A stretch of 42,746 bases of DNA from contig JAFMKE010000003.1 in assembly GCA_017853115.1 (NCBI GenBank), forward strand, positions 1-42,746. Direction: 5' to 3'. Under the pieces are notes generated by a model. The model had not been told where the DNA came from and did not search any database. It was given only the letters and a program-made list of their open reading frames with translations. The stretch comes from Verrucomicrobiota bacterium (GTDB lineage Bacteria; Bacteroidota; Bacteroidia; Chitinophagales; UBA8649). The translations under genes were made by a program, and so were the position numbers. Shown here piece by piece: positions 8,959-18,241 of this stretch (its first letter is position 1; each line of letters begins with the position of its first letter).

Positions 8959-9991
8959 TTTTTACATTTTTAAAGTGATGCACCTTATCTCCAAAAATGG
9001 TAAAGGACTTTACCATTTTTGACTCTAACCGCGGAGCCAATTTGCCTTCCTTCAGCTCCTTATTGCCGATTAGAACATAGGCTTCATCCCATAAATCTGC
9101 ATCAATAAATTGCTGCAGTGTATACGCTCCTCCTTCAACCAACAAAGATTGGATATTTCGTTCGTACAAGGTATTTAGTATTTGAGAAAGTGGAGCTTGG
9201 TTCTTGGTAAGCTGAATCCATTCTTTTGGAAACTCTAAGTTGGTCGCTTCTGATCCGAAAACCAATGTCTCTTCGTTGTCTGTAAGTAATTCAATTGTAG
9301 TATCCATTGGCTCATCTCCCTGCAACACGATGCGCAAGGGATTTTTACCTTGTATGAGGCGTGTAGTGAGTTTTGGATTGTCAATTCGGGCAGTTCTACT
9401 GCCAACAAGAATGGCCATGTGGTTTCGTCTCAGCATGTGAACGAATAGCTTACTTTTTTGATTGGTAATCCAAAATTGTTTTTCGGCTGCAGGAGCAAAA
9501 TATCCTTTTGCAGTTTGTGCCCATTTCAGTGTGATGAACGGACGCTTGGTTTTATGTGATTGAAAGAAACTTTTGTTTAGCTCTCTAGCCTCATCTTCCA
9601 AGACATTTTCGATTACTCGAATTCCAGCATCTCGCAATTTTTGTATTCCTTTTCCTGCTACTAGCGGATTGATGTCGGTACATGCTACAACCACCGTTTG
9701 AATTTTTTCTTCGATAATCAAATTACTGCAGGGCGGAGTTTTACCAAAATGACTGCAGGGTTCTAAACTAACATACAAAACAGCATCTGATGGGATTTTA
9801 CCCATTCTTCGCTTACAATCTTCAATGCAATTCACTTCGCCGTGGGCTCCTCCGTATGGGGAGGTATATCCTTCGCCTATAATCTGATTATTACTAACAA
9901 GAATGGCACCTACACTGGGGTTGGGCGCTGCAGTGGGGAGACCAATTTTAGCTAATTGCAAACACCTTCTCATGTAGGTTTCGTGAGACAT
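8939..9991 (-). CDS. ribD: Bifunctional riboflavin biosynthesis deaminase/reductase
   Basis: PNPSVG, HGE, LEPCSHFGKTPPC, LVEGG; start moved to ATG 9991 (MSHETY), directly downstream of a -7 promoter element. Confidence 0.94.
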   Translation of the reverse strand: MSHETYMRRCLQLAKIGLPTAAPNPSVGAILVSNNQIIGEGYTSPYGGAHGEVNCIEDCKRRMGKIPSDAVLYVSLEPCSHFGKTPPCSNLIIEEKIQTVVVACTDINPLVAGKGIQKLRDAGIRVIENVLEDEARELNKSFFQSHKTKRPFITLKWAQTAKGYFAPAAEKQFWITNQKSKLFVHMLRRNHMAILVGSRTARIDNPKLTTRLIQGKNPLRIVLQGDEPMDTTIELLTDNEETLVFGSEATNLEFPKEWIQLTKNQAPLSQILNTLYERNIQSLLVEGGAYTLQQFIDADLWDEAYVLIGNKELKEGKLAPRLESKMVKSFTIFGDKVHHFKNVKNDLVTA

Positions 9992-9995
9992 GCAG

Positions 9996-10003
9996 CAAAG
10001 ATA
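9996..10003 (-). promoter_or_regulatory. -7 promoter element TATCTTTG for the ribD operon
   Basis: Exact consensus ending 4 nt before ATG 9991. Confidence 0.65.
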
Positions 10004-10078
10004 AGGCATCAATCTAATTAATCACTACGCGTATGATTTCAGTCTATCTTTTCTATGCACGACTATCTAAAGTTTATT

Positions 10079-10086
10079 TACTTTTG
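10079..10086 (+). promoter_or_regulatory. -7 promoter element TACTTTTG for the E1 gene
   Basis: Exact consensus; implies the start codon lies downstream of it (TTG 10103). Confidence 0.55.
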
Positions 10087-10102
10087 TGTAAAACCGAGAA
10101 AG

Positions 10103-12082
10103 TTGAAATACAATACCAAAAATATATCAAAGGAAAGGCAAATCGCTTTGTACCGGGATATGCTTTTTTCTCGCATGATTGAGGAGAAGATGCTCAAATT
10201 ATTGCGTCAAGGTAAGATCTCCAAATGGTTTAGTGGTATCGGTCAAGAAGGTATTGCTGTTGGAGTTACCTCAGCCTTGGAAGCCGATGAGTATATCCTG
10301 CCAATGCACAGAAATCTGGGTGTTTTTACGACGCGAAAAATCCCATTTTCTAAGTTGTTTCAACAGTGGCAAGGAAAGAAAAATGGTTTTACGAAAGGGC
10401 GTGATCGAAGCTTCCATTTTGGTACAAACGATTATCATATTGTAGGAATGATTTCACATTTGGGCCCTCAGTTGAATGTAGGTGATGGCATCGCATTAGC
10501 ATCTAAATTAAAAGCTGAAAAAAAAGTAACGGTTGCGTTTACTGGTGAAGGGGCAACAAGTGAGGGCGATTTTCACGAAGCCTTAAATATTGCTGCAGTA
10601 TGGGATTTGCCCATCATTTTTGTAATTGAAAATAATGGGTATGGCTTATCTACCCCTACTCAGGAGCAATATCGCTGTGAACGGCTCTCTGATCGTGGAG
10701 TGGGTTATGGAATACAAGCTTTAACCATAGACGGAAACAATATTGTGGAAGTGTATGAAACGATTCGAAAACATGCTGAATCCATTCGTGAAAATCCACA
10801 TCCCGTATTGATAGAATGCGAAACCTTTAGAATGCGGGGTCACGAGGAGGCTTCTGGCACAAAGTACGTGCCTGATGAGTTGTTTGAAGAGTGGGGGAAG
10901 AAAGATCCTTTACTAAACTTTGAATCTTATTTGCTTGATAAAGGGCATCTTTCAACCGAAGACATTGATAACTTCAAAACAGCAATGACCTCAGAGATTG
11001 AGGAGGGACTTGAAGAAGCATTTAATGCGCAAGATGTTATTCCGAATGTTGCAGAAGAACTCGCAGATGTCTACAAAGCTTTTTCACCCGCGTTAATTAC
11101 GCCAGTAAATGATAAAAGCAGCATTAAGCGGATGGTAGATGCTTATTCTGATGGTTTAAGACAAAGTATGCAGCGTTTCGAAAACCTAGTAATCATGGGG
11201 CAAGATATTGCTGAGTACGGAGGTGTATTTAAAATTACAGAAGGATTTGTTAATGAGTTTGGGCGAGAACGTGTGCGAAATACCCCAATATGTGAATCGG
11301 GTATATTGAGCGCAGCTCTGGGCTTAAGTATAAAAGGGATGAAGGCTGTCGTAGAGTTGCAGTTCGCTGATTTTGTTACTTCAGGATTTAATCCGATAAT
11401 CAATAACTTAGCTAAATCCCATTACCGGTGGGGACAAGCAGCTGATGTTACTTTACGCATGCCGACGGGAGCAGGAGTTGGTGCTGGACCCTATCATTCA
11501 CAGAGTAATGAGGCGTGGTTTTATCATACGCCTGGATTAAAAATCGTTTATCCGAGCAATGCGTATGATGCGAAGGGCCTATTGGCTGCTGCTATAGAAG
11601 ACCCTAATCCCGTTATGGTGTTTGAACACAAGGCACTTTATCGAAGCGTTGAAGGCGAAGTTCCAGAAGATTATTACACCGAACAGATTGGCAAGGCGAA
11701 AACTGTCCGAAGTGGTCACGATATTAGTATTATTACCTATGGATATGGTGTAATCTGGGCAGAACAACTCGCGGAGAAGAACAGTAATTATAGTATAGAC
11801 ATACTTGATTTACGTTCTCTGGTTCCCATGGATTTTGAAGCTATTCGTCTAAGTGTTAAACGCACGGGAAAGGTAATTGTGCTTAATGAGGATTGCTTAA
11901 CAGGCAGCATAGCCTCAGATGTGGCCGCTTGGATTGGTGAAAATTGTTTTGAGTTTCTCGATGCACCTGTTCGCAGAGTAGGAAGCTTGGATACTCCGGT
12001 ACCTTTCGCTAAAGCTTTAGAGAATCAATTCTTACCTCCGGAAAGATTAGACGAGGTATTCCACGATTTGCTTGCTTATTAG
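10103..12082 (+). CDS. Fused E1 alpha/beta 2-oxoacid dehydrogenase (probably branched-chain 2-oxoisovalerate dehydrogenase)
   Basis: TPP motif GEGATSEGDFHE...ENN, FRMRGHEE, beta-part GQDIAEYGGVF, NTPICE, GPYHSQ; start is likely TTG 10103 (ORF track gives 10055). Confidence 0.9.
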   Translation: MKYNTKNISKERQIALYRDMLFSRMIEEKMLKLLRQGKISKWFSGIGQEGIAVGVTSALEADEYILPMHRNLGVFTTRKIPFSKLFQQWQGKKNGFTKGRDRSFHFGTNDYHIVGMISHLGPQLNVGDGIALASKLKAEKKVTVAFTGEGATSEGDFHEALNIAAVWDLPIIFVIENNGYGLSTPTQEQYRCERLSDRGVGYGIQALTIDGNNIVEVYETIRKHAESIRENPHPVLIECETFRMRGHEEASGTKYVPDELFEEWGKKDPLLNFESYLLDKGHLSTEDIDNFKTAMTSEIEEGLEEAFNAQDVIPNVAEELADVYKAFSPALITPVNDKSSIKRMVDAYSDGLRQSMQRFENLVIMGQDIAEYGGVFKITEGFVNEFGRERVRNTPICESGILSAALGLSIKGMKAVVELQFADFVTSGFNPIINNLAKSHYRWGQAADVTLRMPTGAGVGAGPYHSQSNEAWFYHTPGLKIVYPSNAYDAKGLLAAAIEDPNPVMVFEHKALYRSVEGEVPEDYYTEQIGKAKTVRSGHDISIITYGYGVIWAEQLAEKNSNYSIDILDLRSLVPMDFEAIRLSVKRTGKVIVLNEDCLTGSIASDVAAWIGENCFEFLDAPVRRVGSLDTPVPFAKALENQFLPPERLDEVFHDLLAY

Positions 12083-12843
12083 TCTTGATCGCGATTAGCA
12101 AGTACCTCTTCGTAGTGCTTAACATATGTAGGATTTTCAGTGCCCATCAGTCGGTCCCAGAATCTAAAGTATAAGCCATAGTTTCCCTTGAAATACTGGT
12201 GGTGCATATTGTGATGCACCGAGGTGTTTAAAACTTCAAATAGTTTGGTTTGTCGAAACCATTTTGGCATGATTTCATAACCAAGATGCCCGTACACATT
12301 GATTAACAAACTGCTTGTGGTAAATGCAAGTATCGCGTAGAGGTGAATAGGCATGATAAAAATCAGGATTAAAATGATTAGGGCCTCCAAAACCGATTCT
12401 CCTGCATGGAAGGCGAATGAGGCGAAAGGCGATGGGTTAGTGGATAGATGGTGTGTCTTGTGCATGCGGCTATAGAAAGGCTCAATGTGCAGGAAACGGT
12501 GCATCCAATAAAAATAGGTGTCATGTATAATGAGGGCTAGTATCACACTAACAGGCAAATACCATAAGGGGAAATCATCGATGTCTTGATACATTTGAGA
12601 GTATTTCGCCAATGGCCCAAACTCTACAAACAAGGCGATGGCTACAAATATCAAATTGGTGACTACTGAATAGAAGATTTCTCTCCGAAAATCAATCCCT
12701 TTGGCCTGCTTCTGTTGGATTTTATGTTTCTGAAAAGTCTTCTGAAAAACGATGTAAAAGAAGCTAAATGCAATACCTGCAAACAAAAAGTAGCGAAGTA
12801 GAAACATCGTGGCCAACTTCATACCAAGAAGAAAACTGTCCAT
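12079..12843 (-). CDS. Sterol desaturase/fatty acid hydroxylase family protein
   Basis: His boxes HRFLH, HKTHH, HHNMHH; GNYG..FWDRLMGT. Confidence 0.9.
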   Translation of the reverse strand: MDSFLLGMKLATMFLLRYFLFAGIAFSFFYIVFQKTFQKHKIQQKQAKGIDFRREIFYSVVTNLIFVAIALFVEFGPLAKYSQMYQDIDDFPLWYLPVSVILALIIHDTYFYWMHRFLHIEPFYSRMHKTHHLSTNPSPFASFAFHAGESVLEALIILILIFIMPIHLYAILAFTTSSLLINVYGHLGYEIMPKWFRQTKLFEVLNTSVHHNMHHQYFKGNYGLYFRFWDRLMGTENPTYVKHYEEVLANRDQD

Positions 12844-12888
12844 GTAAATCGATTTAGAACGAAAGTTAGAAAATGATATCGGTAAATC

Positions 12889-13641
12889 TTAGTCTTTAAC
12901 TTTGTATAACAGAATGTTGCTTGGACTCGCATCCATAGCCAAGGGTAAGGTTTGAATATTTACGATATACAGGCCATCTTGAATATCGTCTGGAGCATAA
13001 ATCATTTCCGTAATGGTGGCATCAAGCCTTGGCAAGTCACTGGGGTAGTTCCAAAATGCTTTGTGCGCTAATAATTTACCTTCATCTTCTTCCCGATCCA
13101 CGGAGGGTGTATCAATCATGAAATGTTCAATACCTTTTTTTACTAAGAATTCCATCGCTTCATAGCGGATGTAGCATGGATTAGTGCCACTCCAGTCTTT
13201 AATTTTGTCTTCCGGTTGGTTTGGCAAAGTTCGAATCATTAGGCAGTTTACAGATTCGGCGAAATGGATTGCTTGCACTTGTTCAAGTGAAATAAAATAG
13301 TCATCCTTCAACTTTTCCGGATCAATAGTGATTAATTGACCTAGTTGATGGGTGTTTGTCAGACAGTCTTTAATCAGATAAGGTTCAACTGCTATGTGTC
13401 CAAGGCATTCTGTATGGGTTCCATTGCCATGAGGATTGATAAAAATATTTTTAAAATTTAAGATTCCTCCTTCAGTGGTGCTGCCTACCCAATTGTCCAT
13501 TCTAACGGGTTCGATATCTAGTTGAGGAGAATAAAAGGCCCTTGGCAAGTGGTTTTTTCCATAAAATGGGGTTGAAATTGACCGGCCTTCATTTAAATTA
13601 ATTTCGTATTCTTTTCCTGCTATTTCTATGCTTGCTTTCAT
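12889..13641 (-). CDS. Cyclase-family metal-dependent hydrolase (kynurenine formamidase-like)
   Basis: HGNGTHTE, IDTPSVD, DASP motifs. Confidence 0.85.
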   Translation of the reverse strand: MKASIEIAGKEYEINLNEGRSISTPFYGKNHLPRAFYSPQLDIEPVRMDNWVGSTTEGGILNFKNIFINPHGNGTHTECLGHIAVEPYLIKDCLTNTHQLGQLITIDPEKLKDDYFISLEQVQAIHFAESVNCLMIRTLPNQPEDKIKDWSGTNPCYIRYEAMEFLVKKGIEHFMIDTPSVDREEDEGKLLAHKAFWNYPSDLPRLDATITEMIYAPDDIQDGLYIVNIQTLPLAMDASPSNILLYKVKD

Positions 13642-14768
13642 CGTTTAGTTTCTTCATTAATTTCAAAGAAATGGGCAGCAATTCCGTCTGCGTAAAACAA
13701 TCCTTCTTCGCTAAGTGTGATAATAGATTCTTCCTGATTGAACATTTCTGTATCTAGGTCTTTAAGCTTACTTTCAAATGTAGGGTAAAAATTCGGAAAC
13801 ACGTTTTCAATCTGTTCGGTGCTTATTCCCCACTTTGTTCTCAATCCAGTCATAATATACTCGTTGTATTGGTCTTGTAAACTTAGATGCTCAATTTCGA
13901 TTTGATTTGCCTTCTTGTCGATATATCCCTTCAAGTTAGGCTTGTTCCATTGGCGACTTTTTCCATTAAAGGAATGCGCACCAGGGCCTAAACCAAGATA
14001 CCATTCTCCTTTCCAGTAGGATGTATTGTGCTTGGAAATTTTCTCGTTTTTACACAGATTAGATATTTCATAGTGGTCCCAGTTTAGATCCTTTGCCCAT
14101 GAACGGAGCATTTTGAAATTTTCAGCGGCTAGTTTGTCATTTACTTTAGCCACTTGTCCTTTTCTGATTTGATGGAATAATGCCGTTCCTTCTTCTACAG
14201 TTAGCGCATAGCAAGAGAGATGTTGCACTTGTAGATCGGCAGCCGTGTTTAAATTGTCTTCCCATGCTTGTTTGGAAAGCGTTGGCGTTCCATAGATTAA
14301 ATCAATCGAGATATTGTCTAATCCAATATCCTGAGCTGACTGTATCGAGTTAAGGGCTTCTTGAGCATTATGCGCTCTGCGCATGAACTGCAAATCCCTA
14401 TCTTGAAATGATTGAGTGCCAATACTCAACCTATTGATCCCACTTTTCCTTAAATCCTTCAGTTTTACTTTGCTCAGGTCATCGGGGTTAGCTTCGAGGG
14501 TGATTTCTGGCACTGAGTCAAGTATATAATGCTTATTTATGACATTGAGAATTTCTTCTATGGTATGGGCCTCCAAAATAGATGGCGTTCCTCCCCCAAA
14601 ATAGATGCTTTCAATCGTTTGATTGCTCAAATAATTTTTGCGTGCTGGAATCTCTTCGAGTATGCGTTCAACAAAAGCTTCTTTAAAGTGAAGTGATGTA
14701 CTAAAGTAAAAATTGCAATAATTGCAGGCTTGTTTACAAAAAGGGATATGAAGGTATATGCCTGCCAT
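13638..14768 (-). CDS. hemW: Radical SAM heme chaperone HemW (HemN-like)
   Basis: YLHIPFCKQACNYCNF, YFGGGTPS, YEISN, HNxxYW; start moved to ATG 14768 (MAGIYLHIPF). Confidence 0.9.
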   Translation of the reverse strand: MAGIYLHIPFCKQACNYCNFYFSTSLHFKEAFVERILEEIPARKNYLSNQTIESIYFGGGTPSILEAHTIEEILNVINKHYILDSVPEITLEANPDDLSKVKLKDLRKSGINRLSIGTQSFQDRDLQFMRRAHNAQEALNSIQSAQDIGLDNISIDLIYGTPTLSKQAWEDNLNTAADLQVQHLSCYALTVEEGTALFHQIRKGQVAKVNDKLAAENFKMLRSWAKDLNWDHYEISNLCKNEKISKHNTSYWKGEWYLGLGPGAHSFNGKSRQWNKPNLKGYIDKKANQIEIEHLSLQDQYNEYIMTGLRTKWGISTEQIENVFPNFYPTFESKLKDLDTEMFNQEESIITLSEEGLFYADGIAAHFFEINEETKR

Positions 14769-14781
14769 CAATTCTATTGCG

Positions 14782-14789
14782 TACTTTTG
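14782..14789 (+). promoter_or_regulatory. -7 promoter element TACTTTTG for the Omp85-DUF4271 unit
   Basis: Exact consensus in the 56-bp divergent gap, 35 nt before TTG 14825. Confidence 0.5.
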
Positions 14790-14824
14790 AAAATAAATTG
14801 TAAAGTAAAGGGTTTTATTCATAC

Positions 14825-16597
14825 TTGAGACAGAAATTGTTATATATCGTGGCCCTGTGCCTTTGGGCAAATCTTTTGTTTGCTCAAACATCGGTTGAAC
14901 TAGAAGTTTTATATGCTGATAGCCAAGCCTTGGATAAAAAGTATCACTTAGCAGAGAGCTTCAAGAGTGTACTTCAGTTGAATGCATCACTAGAAGATTT
15001 AATTCACCAGCTTAAAAAAGATGGTTATCTAACAGCCTCAGTGGATAAATTGGGCTGTGATAGCGCTATGACAAAGTGTGTTGCAACACTATTTGTTGGC
15101 CAAAAATATTCAATTGAATCTATAGAGAATGGCAATATAGAGGATGTCGTATGGAAAAAGTTGGGTTTGCATAAGCTACAGCCGGGTGTCGATTTAAGTC
15201 GACTCGAGTATATTCAAGCTAGTATACTGAATTACTACGAAAATAACGGATTCCCGTATGCGCAAGTTTGGGTGGATTCATTGGCTTTGCAGGATGGCAA
15301 GGGAAGTATGCACTTATTCGTTGAACCTAATGACTTGATTACCGTGGATAGTTTGGTAGTGCATGGAAACACGAAGACAAAGTCTAAGTTTTTGCAACGA
15401 TATTTAGGTATAGAGTCGGGCGATTTGTTTAGCCAAGGTAAATTCGATGCAATTGAGCAGAAGTTAAAACAACTTCCTTATTTCCGAAGCGCACAAACTC
15501 CTGAAATATATTTCACTCCGGGTGAAGCTACGCTTCATGTTTTTTTGGAGAAGCAACGAAGCAATCAGTTTAATTTGATTCTTGGCGTGTTGCCGAATAG
15601 TGAGTTGGGTGACAAAAAGTTGACAATTACAGGAGAAGGTAAACTTCAGCTTCTTAATTCTTTTGGTGTAGGAGAGGAGATTTATGCTGAGTTTCGTCAG
15701 CTTAAGCCCAGAACACAAAATTTGGATATCGCCTTTACTTATCCTTATTTTTTAAACTCGCCTATTGGAGTTTACGGTTCATTCAATCTGTATAAAAATG
15801 ATAGTTTGTTCATCGATGTGAACACGGAAGTTGGTATCCTTTACCAGTTTGGGGGATTTAACCGATTAAAATTTTTCTATGACAATCAGAGTTCAAATAT
15901 TTTGAATGTCGATACCCTTTCTATTAAAAATAGTGGCGTTTTACCTACAACTTTGGATATAAGAAACAACATCTACGGTATTGCGCTCGAACTGCAACAA
16001 CTCGATTACGTTTTAAATCCAAGAAGGGGCTTTCAATTGCATCTCAGCGGTGGAGTGGGCTTGAATCGAATAAGGGTGAATCAGAGCATAGCTACCTTGA
16101 TTGCTTTTGATGGAAATCCACTGCAGTTCCAATATGATTCATTACCATTAAAGAGGCTCAACTACTCTTTAGCTTTGAATGTTTCCCAGTTTATTCCGAT
16201 TCGTAAAAAGAGTACATTGTTGCTACGAAATCAATCCAAGTTTTATGTCGCAAAAAATATATTGGAAAATGAGAAGTATCGAATTGGAGGTTATCGGATG
16301 TTAAGAGGGTTCGATGAAGAGGCAATTTATACTCCATTCTATTCTATCTTTACCACAGAGTTTAGGTTGCTGTTGTCGCAAAATTCTTATTTCAACTTAT
16401 TTACGGATGTGGGAATTGTGGAAGACGAACAGAAGGGCTCGGGCAATATAGATATTCCTGTTGGTTTTGGTGTCGGTGTTGCTCTTGAAACGAGAGGAGG
16501 TATTTTTAGTTTGAGCTATGCCTTAGGAAGGAATTTGGATAATAAAATTCAAGTTAGAAATGGAAAAATACATTTTGGATTTGTCAGTTTGTTTTAA
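14825..16597 (+). CDS. Omp85 (BamA/TamA) family outer-membrane protein
   Basis: Signal peptide, POTRA-like GYL/GFP motifs, barrel starting LNSFGVGE, IGG..LRGF lid motif, C-terminal Phe. Confidence 0.85.
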   Translation: MRQKLLYIVALCLWANLLFAQTSVELEVLYADSQALDKKYHLAESFKSVLQLNASLEDLIHQLKKDGYLTASVDKLGCDSAMTKCVATLFVGQKYSIESIENGNIEDVVWKKLGLHKLQPGVDLSRLEYIQASILNYYENNGFPYAQVWVDSLALQDGKGSMHLFVEPNDLITVDSLVVHGNTKTKSKFLQRYLGIESGDLFSQGKFDAIEQKLKQLPYFRSAQTPEIYFTPGEATLHVFLEKQRSNQFNLILGVLPNSELGDKKLTITGEGKLQLLNSFGVGEEIYAEFRQLKPRTQNLDIAFTYPYFLNSPIGVYGSFNLYKNDSLFIDVNTEVGILYQFGGFNRLKFFYDNQSSNILNVDTLSIKNSGVLPTTLDIRNNIYGIALELQQLDYVLNPRRGFQLHLSGGVGLNRIRVNQSIATLIAFDGNPLQFQYDSLPLKRLNYSLALNVSQFIPIRKKSTLLLRNQSKFYVAKNILENEKYRIGGYRMLRGFDEEAIYTPFYSIFTTEFRLLLSQNSYFNLFTDVGIVEDEQKGSGNIDIPVGFGVGVALETRGGIFSLSYALGRNLDNKIQVRNGKIHFGFVSLF

Positions 16598-17406
16598 TGA
16601 GGCATTGGCTTAGTATATTTGGTTTTTTGTTCTTTGGACTTTTCGCTCAAGCACAAGTCGATACAGCTTTTTTGGAAACTGATAGTGCAGTTGGTTCAGT
16701 AGGTATCCATGCAAACGTTTGGTTTTTTACAGGTAAAGGATTACCTGGAATTGATCGAGTAGCTGCTTATCAGCTAGAAGGAGGGGTGCAGGATTTCTAT
16801 TTTTATTTTGCAATCGTTTTGAGTCTAGTGTTTGCTTTGGTTTTTGTTAGTTCAAAGGAAATTGTGTTTTCGAGCTGGCGTTCTTTTTTTCGTGTCCAAA
16901 ACCAAATTCAATACAACCGTTCGGATAAGTCGGGTAATTTGATTTATTTACTACTGTATGCTGTATTATTTATTCTGGTGTTTAGTGTGCTGCTGTCTTT
17001 TGTTATGCAAACTTTTTGGACCTACGATGTAAGCTTATGGCGGATATGTTTAGTTGGTTCCCTTTATTTTACATGGGATTATCTTTCGGCGAATCTTTAT
17101 TATTTGTTTGCAGGGAATCGGAAGGCCATTGATGCAGTAAAATATATTGGTTTATCTTATGCCCCCTTATGGTCAATTCTAGTGTGGATTGGCTTATTTT
17201 TTATTCTCTTTGCTTCACGAGAAATTTCAGGGTACACGGCTTCGGTATTGGTTTTCTTTTTAGGTGCATCTATTGTAATTAAGGAGCTTCGGGTTCTACA
17301 AGTTCTTTGGGGTGAAAAAGTAGATATCATATCATTTCATTTTTTTGCTTATCTTTGCACCTTCAAATTTTTACCGTTTATGCTGCTTGTGTGGTTATTT
17401 TTTTAA
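16597..17406 (+). CDS. DUF4271 family membrane protein
   Basis: Polytopic; C-terminal 'FHFFAYLCTFKFLP' resembles the DUF4271 YLC motif; position upstream of hemD-porP-gldK. Confidence 0.7.
   Translation: MRHWLSIFGFLFFGLFAQAQVDTAFLETDSAVGSVGIHANVWFFTGKGLPGIDRVAAYQLEGGVQDFYFYFAIVLSLVFALVFVSSKEIVFSSWRSFFRVQNQIQYNRSDKSGNLIYLLLYAVLFILVFSVLLSFVMQTFWTYDVSLWRICLVGSLYFTWDYLSANLYYLFAGNRKAIDAVKYIGLSYAPLWSILVWIGLFFILFASREISGYTASVLVFFLGASIVIKELRVLQVLWGEKVDIISFHFFAYLCTFKFLPFMLLVWLFF
17350..17357 (+). promoter_or_regulatory. Internal -7 promoter element TATCTTTG(C), probably for hemD-like gene
   Basis: Exact consensus inside the DUF4271 coding sequence, about 100 nt before ATG 17454. Confidence 0.5.
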
Positions 17407-17453
17407 CCATGCTCAAGTAAAGAGGGTAAAGGCAGGAAAAAGAAAACATTTCT

Positions 17454-18200
17454 ATGGCAAAAATTACTAACGTCCTAATTTCGCAGCCTGAGCCGATGGC
17501 GAGGTCCCCGTACTTTTCCCTAGCTAAAAAATTTGGATTTGAACTAGAATTTCAGCCTTTTATTGAGGTTGAACGTGTCAGTAATAAAGAGTTTCGAAAG
17601 CAGCGCGTTGATTTAAATAATTACTCTGCAGTTACTTTTACGAGCAGAAATTCGATGGATTTCTATTTTCAGATGATGGAAGAGATGCGGGCAACAGTCT
17701 CCCAAGAAACTAAATATTTTTGCATGTCTGAAGCTATTGCTTTGTATTTGCAGAAATACATACAATATAGAAAGCGTAAGGTTTTTTATGCCAATGGAAC
17801 TTTTGACGATTTTCAGAATCTTTTGTTAAAGTATAAAGCCGCTGCTGGTACTTTTTTAGTTCCCTGTCCGGATGTGCGTAATGATAAGTTGGCTACTTTT
17901 TTAACTGACGAGGGTTTTGATTATAAGGAATGTGTGATGTATCGTACCGTTAGTGCAAAGCTTTCGGAAATGGATATTGCCAAGTATAATATGATTGTTT
18001 TCTTCAGTCCTCTAGGTGTAGAGTCCTTGTTTGAAAATTTTCCAAACTTCAAGCAAGGGGAGACCCATATTGCGGGCTTTGGGCCAACAACTTGTCAGCG
18101 TATTCAGGAGTTGGGTTTAACATTGAATCTCTGTGCGCCTATGCCAGAGGCAAGATCGATGTCTGCCGCTTTGGAAAGATATTTAGAAGGATTATCATAA
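17454..18200 (+). CDS. hemD: Uroporphyrinogen-III synthase (HemD)-like protein
   Basis: LISQP, FTSRN, YRT, FFSPLGV, FGPTT. Confidence 0.85.
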   Translation: MAKITNVLISQPEPMARSPYFSLAKKFGFELEFQPFIEVERVSNKEFRKQRVDLNNYSAVTFTSRNSMDFYFQMMEEMRATVSQETKYFCMSEAIALYLQKYIQYRKRKVFYANGTFDDFQNLLLKYKAAAGTFLVPCPDVRNDKLATFLTDEGFDYKECVMYRTVSAKLSEMDIAKYNMIVFFSPLGVESLFENFPNFKQGETHIAGFGPTTCQRIQELGLTLNLCAPMPEARSMSAALERYLEGLS

Positions 18201-18241
18201 TTCCCATTTATCTGCGTTAACTTTACTACAAACAAGTCAAG

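Noticed and set aside
10055-12082. E1 alpha/beta fusion as a novelty
   Set aside because: Fused E1 is common in Bacteroidota
14769-14891. N-terminal extension of hemW in the ORF track
   Set aside because: Overlaps the divergent Omp85 gene; family-typical start is MAGIYLHIPF at 14768
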